From contig JAUPSS010000001.1 of assembly GCA_040285825.1 (NCBI GenBank), positions 1,426,001-1,490,000 of the forward strand: DNA of 64,000 nt, written 5' to 3'. Shown one piece after another: positions 20,497-32,199 of this stretch; the first letter of the stretch is position 1, and each line of letters begins with the position of its first letter. The position numbers and the translations under genes were made by a program. The DNA comes from Eukaryota sp. TZLM1-RC (lineage: Eukaryota; Protista; Metamonada: BaSk clade). The notes beneath the pieces were generated by a model. That model worked only from the letters and a program-made list of their open reading frames with translations. It ran no database searches and had not been told where the DNA came from.

Positions 20497-23400
20497 ATAC
20501 GTATTGGGTCGTCCCCGGCTCAGCGTAGGATCCTTGAGGAAGAGACTGGTCCCTCTTCCTCACCACTAACCACAGACTCTGCTTCCGTGCCTCCTTCTTC
20601 GGTTGAAGCTTCTGCGCTTCCTGAAGCAACTCTTCCCGAGGGTTCTACCCCAAAGGAAGATAGTTCCCTTCCTGAGGATTCCGTTCCCATGGAAGGAAGT
20701 TCCTCTCCTCGGGATTCCGTTCCTGTGGAAGGAGACAACCCTCCTAAGGATTCTATTCCTTCGGAAGGAAGAAGCCCTTCATTAGTCTCCTACGACGATG
20801 AAGATGTTGAGGATTCCGTTGCTCCTCTTCCTCCTTCACATTTAAGGGCGTCTGAAGTCCCACCTTCTCCCCTCCCAGAAAGAAGTTCTGAAGTACCAAC
20901 TTCACCTTCTATTCAGAACAGAGAGACTGTTCAACCTTCTCTCACGTCAAAGGAAGGATTGGAAGATCAACCCTCTTCCTCCTCCACTAAGGCCATTGAA
21001 GTACCATCTTCATCCCTTTTATCTAGTTCTGAGGTCCCACCCTCTCACTCTCAACAGCTTCTCCCTCCAGTTCCAACTGTTAGGAGAACTATTCAAAAAT
21101 CCTGCTGTCCCAACTTCAGGATCTCCTCTTACTACATCAACAGTAAGAGGAGTTAACAATCTGTCTGTTTCCCCTCCCCAGGCTAGAGATTCCACTCCTA
21201 GCACACCAAATTTTCCTTCGCATCTTTCCGAAGAGCAAAGGAAGAGGTATGAACTATTATTTTCAGATCTGGTTGACTATGAGGAACCTCCCAGGAATTT
21301 TCTCACACAGCTCAACCTCCGGTTCCTCCCACGGAACATGTTCCTGAAATTGATAGAGAAACTGGTGAGGTTTCTAAAAAATATTTAGAACGTTACTTCC
21401 ATGAAGATCGAATCTGGAAACTCAAGAACAGATTGGAAAGAGAGTTACAGGCTAGAAGAGGAACATCCTCTACACCTGCTCAACTTACCCCTTCTCAAAC
21501 TAGCTCCTACGCTAGCTCAAGTGTTCATCATGGTGCTTCCCGCCAGCACAACCCTTACGCTAGATATAGGGACACACGAGTCATTCCAGAGGACCCAGAG
21601 GCCATCCCTCCCACGGAAATGAGCAACAAGCGTCCTCCTTTCTACGGCCCCAAAGTCGAGAACGACTTAGGAATATGGATCTCTCCCAGAATTGGTCCAT
21701 TTCTTTCCGATGAAAGGATCACCCCAGAAACCTCCAGGAATGACCCTGAACCAACTTATGAACCAAGACCCGGAGTTAGGTTCATGAGAACTACTCGAGA
21801 AGGAGTATTCAGACGCTTCGCTGGAGATGAAGACAACCTCTTCATAAACGTTCACAACCCTTGCCCATACCCTAGGTTCAGCCCTGGGTACAACGCATCT
21901 CTCGATATCCTTATCGACAGAGATTATAGAACAGGGTGGTGGTTTACCGAAACCACATATGGTGAAAGACTCTTTCTATATGATAGACGTCCTGATCATA
22001 TAGTGTCATATTGTGGTCCCGACCACAGAAGATCTGGCAATCTTCAAAGAGCCCTCCAGCTCGTCACCGTTTTCCCTGGATGCATAGAATCCAGGATGTT
22101 AAAGTGGGTAATGGTAGAAGGTAGTATAGAGAAAACACGCTTGGTTCAACCAGCGATCTCTTCTTATCAGGTTCCAGCCCAGATCGAAGAGACAGTACCT
22201 TCCCCTGAACCTCAACAGAGTGAAGCTCCATCTTCCTCCGCTCAACCTCCTGAATCACCACAACCTCCCATGGAAACTGATTCATTTCCTGTCACGGAAA
22301 CCTCTAACCCCAACCAATCTGCTATGGAACAAGCTGACGACGACGTTGTCACTGTGAGCAGTGAATCACCCACCCCCACCACATCTTCTGATGCGGTACC
22401 TGCTCCCATCACTCCCGTTAGTCGAGCTCCTCAACCCCTACCTACACCTTCCACAACAGGTTCAACATCCTCCATTTCCTCACATCATTCACCCTTCTCG
22501 GGCACATACGAAAGTAGCCTTCTCCTCTCTTCAATGATTGGATCAAGAGATCGAGATGACAGACGTAGGGACCGTCCTAAACGTCCATATCTTGAAGCTT
22601 CTGATTTGAGAGACGCTGATAAACTCCTAAAGTTTGTCAACAAATTCATTCTCTGGAGTCGTACCGACCGAGTCCTAAGAGAAACGAGAGGTAATGTTGA
22701 GGATCCAGCCCAGATAGCTCTAGCTAACGAAGTTGCCAGACTACGTGAAGAATTAGAACTAGCTAGAGAAGGTTCCCAACCATCGATCGATGAGTATTTT
22801 GGTAACATCACTGGAGAACCAGTTCACGAATGGGACTTGTTCCGTCAAGCCATGAGGATCAACCCCCGAGGCCTCGCTGAATGTGTCACCCCCGAGGTGT
22901 TAAATGCGCTACGATACCAAGGTGCTCACCTAGCTATCTCTTCTCCCACGGTTCCTACCTCAAGAGATGAACGCATCATTTGGGCTCAAATTCTAAGAAG
23001 AACCCAATTCAGCAGACTGGATGAGGCTAACCGAGCTCTCCTCGCAACCAACATGGACTGGTCGGAAAGAGATTATGGCAATAGATGGATTGACTTCATG
23101 GTCAACATCGGCAGAGTTTTGACTCGCTCCACCGCCATCCAAGAGTTTAGGGGCATCTCTCAACAATTGAGAACATTCTCCATAAGCTCCACTCCTCCAG
23201 CTGATAGACTTCCAGACTGGGTAGTTGCTACTCATGTCTTAGAAAGCGTAGGAATTATCCCTATCAGAGACAGACTCCTCAGGATCTGGTCCTCTCCCTC
23301 CCACTACTCATGCGATGGGCACACCCTTGGCGAATTCTTTAGTGTTCTTCAAATTGAATACGAGAATTTCTGTAACGCCAGATCGTTCATGGAACAACTG

Positions 23401-23940
23401 AACCATGTCGATTTCACCTATCAGAACCAATTAACTCATCAGCAGGCCTCTCGCCGACCTCCCACGGTCGTTCCCTCCCCACCTGACATCCCCAGACCAC
23501 GAGGTTCTGGTCCAGGTAAACGCCCAAAACAAAGTAAGAGAGGAGGAAGCCTACCACAATCGTCTTCCCAGGCCGCTGATGTCCAATGCAACTTCTGTAA
23601 GAAAAAGGGCCATCCGACCGAAAGGTGCCCCAGCGAAGACTGCCAAAGGAGCAAGAAGTGGAGAGAGCAACAAGCTCAACAACAAGCTCGAGGTAGAAGT
23701 TCTAGAGGTTCTGGTTTCCGTAGTCGAAGAGGTACTCGCGGCAGAGGCAGAGGCTCTTCTTACAATAAACGTTCCCGTCACTATTTATGTACTTTAGAAA
23801 CCATACCCCTACAACAACAACACAACTACACACAGAAAGTTCAGCATGGAAAGATTCTCTTATCAATCCACTTGCCAACTTGGAACCTACCAAGACACTC
23901 AACAGTCAGGCTCACTTCTTCTCAGAACAAGCCGACTTAA
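20464..23940 (+). pseudogene. gag: Gag-like region, very long and Ser/Pro-rich, with frameshifts near 21080 and 21310
   Basis: ATG at 20464 lies inside the LTR. ORF pieces 20416, 20996 and 21433. Zinc knuckle CNFCKKKGHPTERC followed by an RG-rich tail. Confidence 0.8.
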
Positions 23941-26900
23941 ATGGACATGATTCTGATACAATTTTTATGGTACAATCCATGAATCACAACTGCCTACAAT
24001 TAAACTTCCTGATCAACAATGTCGAAGTTAAAGGCATAATTGACTCTGGTGCAACATGCTCAGTAGTCACGGAAGACGTCATCAGTAATTGTAACATGGC
24101 ACGTTCCAACGAAACCATTTCATACAAGATTGCTGATGGAACTACCTCACAGTCCCTTGGTACTGCTTCTGGAACCCTTAGCATTAGACTAGGTAGTGTT
24201 ACCCAGATTGTACACGTGAAACACAAGTTCAGCATCGTTCCTGGACATGAGACCATTCTCATTGGTGCTGACTTGTTGAGTCACCTGGGCTGATGAACAA
24301 CAAGGGCATTTATATTAGAATGGACGACGCCTGTCGCACATTACTATTACCTGAAGCCGAATTCGACCATCGAATATCGCAAGCTTCAGAAGTCGTCAAC
24401 GTTTCCACACGTTGGTTGGAACACATCAACTCATCTGGTTGTACCATCAACCTCGACAACGACCATTTCAAGAAGTCCCTACTTCAAACTTTGAAAGAGT
24501 TCGAAGACGTATTTACCCTCAAGCCTCATGCTGAAGGTATTGATTGCCCTCCCATGGAAATCAACTTCTACAACGAAGACGTCAGAGTTAGAAGACCCCC
24601 CAGGACCCTGAATCCAGCCAGGCTAGAGGTCGCTAACCAAATTTTCGACGAACTCGTAGACTCAGGATTTGCTGTCCCATCGAACCATGAGTTCAGCTCC
24701 CCTGTCTGTCTAGTGGTCTACCCAGATCACCGTAAGCCCCGCCTTACCGGTGACTATAGTGGCAAGGACGGAGTCAACGCCAACACCATTCCTGTTGAGC
24801 CCAACCTTCCAAGGATCTCCGATGTGCTGGTATTTCTCTCCCAAGCGAACTACATAGGCACCCTTGACCTCCCCAAAGCCTTTTGGCAACTCAAGATTGC
24901 CGAAAAGGATTGGCAGAAAACAGCCCTGAGCATTCCTGGCAAAAGCATCATGTTCAAACGTGCAGCTTTTGGCCTAAAGAATGTCCCAGCCGTTTTCCAA
25001 AACGTCATGGCTGACATCTTCTCTGGAGACGGTGTCTTCATTTACATAGATGACATCATAATCATAGGTTCAACCTTTGACGAATTCATTGAACGCCTCC
25101 GTCGCGTCCTTGATCAAGCCAGATGCAAAAGAGTTTCCTTGGGACTTCCAACCAATCAAGATACTGGGCAGTGTTTTCCAAAACAAACAGCGGACTATCG
25201 ATCCCACTCGCGTCGAATCTTTGCTGAATCTACCTAGACCAAAGACAATCAAAGACGTCCGCAGCCTCGTAGGATCAGTCAACTTCATTAGAGAATGGCT
25301 TCCTCAGGTATCTGAGCTCATCGCTCCTATCATCAGATTGACTAAGAAGGATGGAAACAACTCCAAAGTTAAACCCAAACCCCGCGCGCAACGCCTTCAA
25401 TGGACCGACATGCACGACGGACTCCTTCAAAAGATAAAACAACTGATAGCAAAGCACATGCCGCTCAGCTTACCTCCGCAGGAAAACCAAATTTTAATTA
25501 GTTGCGATGCATCCGACATTGCTGTAGGCGGCGTCATATGGGAACAAATCGAACAAGTCGACGACCCCGGTACCCCCCTGATCAATAGGAAATGTAGGCC
25601 TATCAGCTTCTTCAGCCGGTTGTTAACCAACTCGCAAAAGAACTGGCCGACTAACCAAAAGGAACTCTACGCTATCCTACTCATGTTAACTCAAAGTGGT
25701 TTTGAAAACTACTTAAAAGGAAGGAAACTGGTCATATTCACAGACCATCAAAACCTTACCTACATGTTCACGGCTCCTGAGAAGAACAGAATTGTAACAA
25801 GATGGTTACCCATATTCTCTGAATTCTGCTTTGACTTGGTACATACCAAAGGGGAAGATAACTTCTGGGCTGATATGTTGTCTCGAATAGTTCCGCCTAT
25901 AGACCATCAAGAGATCAATCATTTGTCCCATCAAATGCCTCCAAATTTTCATCCTATATTTTACATTGATAAAATTGATGGAACAGAAAATGAAAGATAC
26001 TACATCGAAGACTTAAACAACTTCGAACGTATCATGGTCATCAGAGAACGATGTTCCAACGACCTGCCTATTTTCGAGCCATGGCTCTGTAGGATTAGGT
26101 CCGAACAGAAGCTCGCCATAGCTTCCAAAGACCCCTCTTTCAACAACTGTGTTCATAACAATCATCTTGATTTATATATGACTCACGACAACAAGATAGT
26201 GATTCCCAAATCACTCATTAAGGACACCCTTAACTTGTTGCATGGACTTCTGCAAGGAGGTCATCCAAGCAAAGCTGAAAGCCTGAACAAGCTCAGGAAC
26301 AGCGATTATTGGTGGCCAAACATGCTCACCGACATGAATAAGCACGTCCAAGAATGCCCCTCCTGTCAGAAAACAAAGCCAGTTCCCAAACTGCATGTTC
26401 CCCAACCGGTTCATTGTGGGCTGACAGACCTTTTGCTCGCGTCAACGCCGACGTCATTGGTCCTCTTCCAGAAGATCAAGAAGGCTACAAATACATCCTC
26501 GTATTTATCGACAGCTTCTCTAGGTTCACGATCATCGTGCCTTTAAAAGAGATAAATGCCAATCTTACTGCAGATGCATTAATTTGGAAAGTCTGTGCCA
26601 TCTTTGGTATTCCATTTCAAATCCACAGCGATAATGGACCCGAATTTTCCAAGGCTGTCTTTGACGAATTAAGCAAATTTTTGGGCATAGAGGTGTCAAA
26701 GTCAATACCTAGGTTTTCCCCGTCCAACGGCCTGGTAGAGCGCCGACACAGAGACATCCTGCAAAACCTACGGAAATTGCTCGTAGACTTCAATGCCTAC
26801 GATGTGTGGTCTGAATACTTGCCTTATGTGCAATTATTGATCAACTCTTCCAAGAGCTCAATAACCAACCACACTCCATACCAAGTGATCTTTGGCTCTG

Positions 26901-27568
26901 ATGTGTCTCCCAGATCAGACCCTGGCAAAATTCTTGAAATCATTGAAAGCTCGACGTCTGAGTCATCTTTTATTCAAGAAATTCAATCTAAATTTCGAAG
27001 ATTGAAAGAGAAACAGGAAAAGGCAGCACATCATCAAGCTTCCAAAGCTTCCAAGCTAGCTAGATCGTCAACACCAAACCCTTTTGAAGTTGGTCAATTG
27101 GTATTGAGAGCTTCTGGCTCTTCCGCTAAGCTTCATGGAGACTATTTAGGACTCTTCCTAATTACTGAAATCGTATCCAATTCGTCTGTGAATATTAAGA
27201 ATCTCTGCACAGGTACGATTGTCCAAGCTAGCGTCAAACACTTAGCTCCCTGGCACTCCAGCTTGCCCACCAACGATGAGTTCCACTCCTGGGTCGCTGC
27301 AGGTGATGTCGAAGAACACATCATTGAAAAAGTGCTCAGTCAGAATGGTGACTTTTGCCAAGTGCAATGGCCAGGAAAAGAGATCACCACTGAGCACGTG
27401 TCTACAGTCCAAAATACTGCCGCGTATAAAGACTTTATCAAGACTTCAAAAGCACGTCGCCGTACTAAATCCGCTCCTCCCAAGAAGCGTAATAATTCTA
27501 TTAGTTCACCTCCTGTGACCAGAGCTTCCAGGGCTCGTCGCTCGAAAGAGAGGAAAAGGCAGTGTTAG
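23787..27568 (+). pseudogene. pol: Pol polyprotein (protease, RT, RNase H, integrase, chromodomain-like), broken by about 3 frameshifts
   Basis: IIDSGAT protease; LDLPKAFWQ/FGLKN/YIDD RT; CDAS..EL..TDH RNase H; H..GH..CPSC and D..SDNG..NGLVER integrase; EHIIEKVL..CQVQWPG chromo-like. The stop lies inside the 3' LTR. Confidence 0.93.
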
Positions 27569-27712
27569 TCTTGAATAGTATTTATAGTTAATAGTTTAGT
27601 TATTAGTATTCCGCCTGTTAGCTTAAGAAGAGTGAATACAATTCCTCTTCGTATAAATTACTTTACATTTACTCAAGCTATGTCACACGATAACCCTAGC
27701 CATAGACCATCA
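27563..27712 (+). repeat. 3' LTR (150 bp)
   Basis: Identical to 20347..20496. Confidence 0.97.
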
Positions 27713-27716
27713 CTTT

Positions 27717-28213
27717 GATTAAACCGGAACTACCATGGTGGGATTTATCAAAGTATGATTTCAACTATCAGAACCAACTAAAAAACATCGCCATAAATTG
27801 AAGCAACAGGATCAATAGTAGTAAAATCAACAACTTCAGAGGAATCCACAAAAGGAACAATCAAATCACCTAGACGTGAATTAAACAGAAAATTATCACT
27901 ATAATGCTTCAACAAAGGTTGTACTTTGCAACTAAAATTGTAACACTTAAACATCTCATATGTCACATCACAAACGGCATCATGAAGATCTGTCTGATAT
28001 TAAAGAAACTTCTAACAACTTAAAATATGACGGAATTTGTTAGACGGTCTTTTGTTACAAACACAATCAAAATGATTCAAACGTTCATTCGGATACAACC
28101 CAAATTCCCATACGCATGTTTTGTTTCCAACTTCCGCTGTTGTTACTGATAAACTAACTTGGTAGACAGATGAGGAATTCACATGATGACGTGGCACTTG
28201 TTCAAGAACAAGC
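27717..28213 (-). mobile_element. Endonuclease region of a decayed CRE-like element, interrupted by the Gypsy insertion
   Basis: QVPRH..CVC..HILSC and QP..RLGDL..VDFTTIDP motifs; the reading continues across the CTTT TSD into ~20340-20300. Confidence 0.7.
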
Positions 28214-28215
28214 AT

Positions 28216-28560
28216 TGTTATTAATAAAGCTCTCTTTTCTTCTTTTCATTTTTGGTTTTTCTGCCCAACGGCATCAATAATTATTGGCCCTCATTGCAGA
28301 TGATATCTACACGCGTACTACATCCGTCCCTTGCTTCTATGGAAGTGGATGATGTCCTGTTATTCCTACAACAGTGGAAGGAGGACTCTTTAAAAAAAGC
28401 CCTGACAAGCTAAAATTAGTATATGCTGATGCATGGATGGCAAAACATAAGACATGTGTTGATTGCTGGAGCGACCAAAATGTTTGTGAAAATGTCTTAA
28501 TAGGGAGCAATTTCCTTCCTTCCATATGATAATAAACTAACAAAAGTTCCTAGAAGATCC
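28216..28560 (+). mobile_element. LTR-element relic (partial 5' LTR + start of gag), related to the 32366..33192 element
   Basis: CTGCCCAACGGCATCA-ATAATTATTGGCCCT matches the LTR end/leader of the 32366 element; the gag start SMEVDDVLLFL matches SMKVVSVLLFL there. Confidence 0.7.
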
Positions 28561-28659
28561 AAAAATGCACCAATTCGATATGTTCCTGTATATCTTGGTA
28601 AATATGATATGTTTCTGTATATCTAAATTCATCATTCGGTTAATATATCGGAAATTGAG

Positions 28660-30500
28660 TTCAACTTTTCAAACAATTTTTTTGGTTATCTCATCATTAT
28701 TTCCTAAAAACAAACCCAAATGACGAACAGAGTCAGTTGAATATAATTTGACTTGAATTTAAATACGATCACCTATTGTAGAAACTGGAGAATTCGATAA
28801 CAAAACACATCTAAGTAAATTTAGTCGGAGGCCAATTTTGATAAATTATTCTTTAAAACATACAGTTGCTTTTTTCACAATATTTAAATCACCTATAAGA
28901 ACAAGATCATCCATATATGCGATCAATTTCAGCGAAGCAAACATCTCTTCAATTTTTGATAAAATAGGATGAGGTCCTAACGGATCTCCTTGCTTTACAC
29001 CACTTGATGAAGTCAAAAAGCAATCACCAAAATGTAAATTAGTATTTGTGCTATATGTTGAATGGAAATGCGACATTACTTCCGGTATATATTGCTACAA
29101 AGCACCATCAATACTGCAACGACTAAGTGAATTGAATGCATTACTAAAATCAAATGGATATTTTTTGTGATATGTCCTTTGTGTGGTTATGGAGACCTAG
29201 GCTTAGATCACTCGTTTCAATGTAGAAAAGTCTCGAGAATGGTTACACAAAGACATGACGAAGTAAATATTTTTATTAACGAATTAAATAATTTTGAATC
29301 TGAAAAGGAATTTCAATTTGGTTTAAATAAGCAGTAACGTGTTGATGGTTTTCAAACGTCAACCAAAATTGCTTTTATGTTACCATAGTTGGAGGTTACG
29401 GTAATAAATGGAGTGATGCTTTTTCGAAAGCTTATTCTGATAAAATTGCAAAGTATTCAATTTTAAAAGAATTTAATTTAATTAACCAAATTGTTCCTCT
29501 CGTATTTAGTGTTCATGGGGGTTTTTACACTAAAACAAAAGTACTGTTTGACCGATTAGGATGGAATGAGCTAACAGCAGAAATTAGTTGTATCATTTTG
29601 AAGAATAGCTTTAATTGCCACAGTGCTTTTAATTATATACTTCAAAAGAAAAGAGAAGATCGTCACTGTTTGTAGGTAGTTGTTTTTTAGTATTTAAGTA
29701 GTTTCTTCTTAATTTTCAATAAAAGTAAATCAAATGGCATACAAACATTAGATTCATTTTGGCGAAATAATACATCTGTAGCAAACATCGCTGACAACAC
29801 CATCAGTGGCATCAATTCCATATTGAAAGGGCAATAGAATCATTTCTGCTTTTTCATAGAACCTGTTTGAGCAACAAGCAGAAAAAATATTATGTATGCA
29901 CTCAGAGACTGCAATAGGACGAACATCCATTTTTGAATTCTTGACAAGTCCAGTCAAACGAGATTTTCTTAATTCTTCTGGATATTTAAGTTGACCAGTC
30001 AATATTCTATTAAACATTTTGGTTAATAAAACAGGACAATTTTCTGATGAAATAATTGCGGCTTTTATATGATCAATAGAAATAATAGAAAACCCGTTGG
30101 ACTTACGGGGTGATCTTTTATTATCACTGAAATTCCTCTAATGCCAGCAATGGATAATTTTTGATCCCTTAATAAATCTTCCAAAATTTTTGATCCATTA
30201 TTGGATCTTCTGATGGATGAGGTATTTTCAGTCTATCTACAGTATCTTGATTGTTGGGAGCTTTAACTCCGGGACTTAAAGCTGACAAAGCCCTTGACCA
30301 TTTGTTATCAAAGCACTTGTCTTCAAAGTATTACTTAATTTTTCAGATGACTGTTTTCTCGGAGTATGCCAAAGTATTTCAAATTGGGAGAAATTTTGTT
30401 CAAAAGAACTGAAAAACGACAGTGCAATCTCTCTATCACATGTAGGTTCATTTGATTTACTTGTTGAGCTCAATGTAAATGACACGATAATATTTTAAGA
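28660..30500 (-). mobile_element. RT region of a decayed CRE-like element, split by a nested insertion
   Basis: VRPIAVSE, QYGI, DFSNAFNS, GVKQGDPLGP and AYMDD motifs in broken frames. Confidence 0.85.
29158..29726 (+). mobile_element. 5'-truncated RLE-type non-LTR element of a distinct family, with 11-bp TSD
   Basis: TSD AAATCAAATGG at 29147-29157 and 29727-29737. CPLC..HSFQC..RHDEV..KIAKY..VPLVFSVHGG motifs. AATAAA tail. Confidence 0.8.
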
Positions 30501-31029
30501 TATATTTGAGGTAGGTTAAGCTGGTGTTTTAAGCTGATAGCGCAGAAGACCCTGATCACCCGACTTAAAGTTCACAATCAATCATTTTTGATAGATCAGG
30601 GTCAATTAAGGGCGATAAACATTGTGAAGACAGATGCGTGAATAAATCTTGTAATAAAAACTTGGTACTAATTGAGTCTCATTCGAATCTGGAGTTACTG
30701 GTTAATCTATTTGCGGTTAAAACTTCACCAAAAAAAGTTAATACAGTGTTTTATAATAAATTATCCAAGTAAGGCCACAGCGAGATGATTTGAAGGCCAA
30801 AAACCAAAAGATATTTGAAAAAAAAGGTTCAATAACAGCTTGACTTTGTGAGATAATAGATTAAAGCACAGAAAACCCGTGTTTCAAGCCAAGAGCAGGG
30901 ACGAACCTTTTGTTACCACTAAGCGTATAACGCTATTAGCGTAGTGGTAAGCGGGTCTGGCAAGGTTAGTCAAGATTAACATAGATTACAAATAGCTGGT
31001 TGAATCACCTTTCTTTTGAAGCACCTGTT

Positions 31030-32160
31030 TACCATGTTTGTCAATTACTCAGAGAAAGTGTTTCCTTCAGCAGGGGCTCTTTGATACACAATATTCTTGC
31101 AGTTTGTGCCATATTGAAAACAGTGTCTCTAAAAGCATCATGTAATGAAGAACGATAAGTTATCAATTTAGAGCAATTCAGAGCATGGCGCAAAGTGAGT
31201 TGAGGTGAATTCGAACAAATACATTTTTCTTTTGATAATAATTGATTAATGGGGATATTCAGAAATAATCTCATTTTTGTTACAAATGCTTCATTAGTGG
31301 CACACAATCCAAATCTTCGTGGTACCATGGTTACAAAAAGTGAAGAATCTGATGACTTGTTTTCACAAACACCCTTTTCCAACAACAATGAGTGAAGATC
31401 TTGATTTAAAACAGCCGAGCTGCATATATTTTTATAAAGATCCTTTTCATACATTCCAGTCAGTGGTATTTGTAATGTTTGAAGAGTGTATTTTAAATTA
31501 AAAATAACCTTTTCGGTAATATTGCCATTGAATGATTGGAAAAAGCGTGGACTCCATTTTTCTACCTCATTTTTTGAAATTTCTTCATTTATTGCAAAAA
31601 TACTAAAACTTTGCACCGTCATTAATAAATCTTCCCAATCTGCAAACCTTTCAGAAAACTCAAATGTTGCATTTCTACATCCACCGATAGAAGCACATGA
31701 AGTAAGAATTGAGGTTTCTGTTCAAACTTAACCGCCATACACAGAGGATTAACACAACCATGATCGGAAATTTGGGACAGTTTACATCCCAGTAATTGTG
31801 ACAATACTTTTGCACGTAATTCATCAATTTTCTGGACCAAAGGCGTAGTGATAAGATGATTTGTAGATCGAAATATATGGTTAAAGTTGGAACTAAAACA
31901 TAATCTTATAATTGTAAAAATTAATAGGATGTAAAAGTCAGCGTTGTCTCGAACATCATATTTCGATGAAATTTTTACGTCCATTTCTAGAAAAATGTTC
32001 CAATGATTTCTGAAAATCAATATTTTTTTGCAAAAGTTGACTTAACCTCTATTGAAATTCAAAATTTTCCACACTTGTTAAGAACTGTTTCTAAACTACT
32101 GAAGAAGATTATTGATTATTGAATAGCAGAATCACTGATTAACCAAATTAGCATGTTTAA
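31030..32160 (-). mobile_element. CRE-like non-LTR fragment (second family)
   Basis: ORFs 31041..31622 and 31622..32020 with CIC..HALNC..HD..EP motifs. Confidence 0.8.
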
Positions 32161-32199
32161 CAACTCTAGTGTTTTTTCTTTGAAATTTTTTTGTCTACT

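Larger units (their letters stand above)
20347..27712 (+). mobile_element. Full-length Ty3/Gypsy LTR retrotransposon with chromodomain-like integrase tail
   Basis: Identical 150-bp TG...CA LTRs. 4-bp TSD CTTT (20343-20346, 27713-27716). PPT GAAAGAGAGGAAAAGGCAG before the 3' LTR. Domain order Gag-PR-RT-RH-IN. Confidence 0.97.

Noticed and set aside
20520-27518. Many short antisense or alternate-frame ORFs over the Gypsy, hAT and host genes
   Set aside because: Shadow ORFs of real coding sequence with no motifs of their own.
28571-28660. Small MITE-like stretch with ATATCG motifs and a 19-bp imperfect direct repeat
   Set aside because: The inverted ends are imperfect and there is no TSD.
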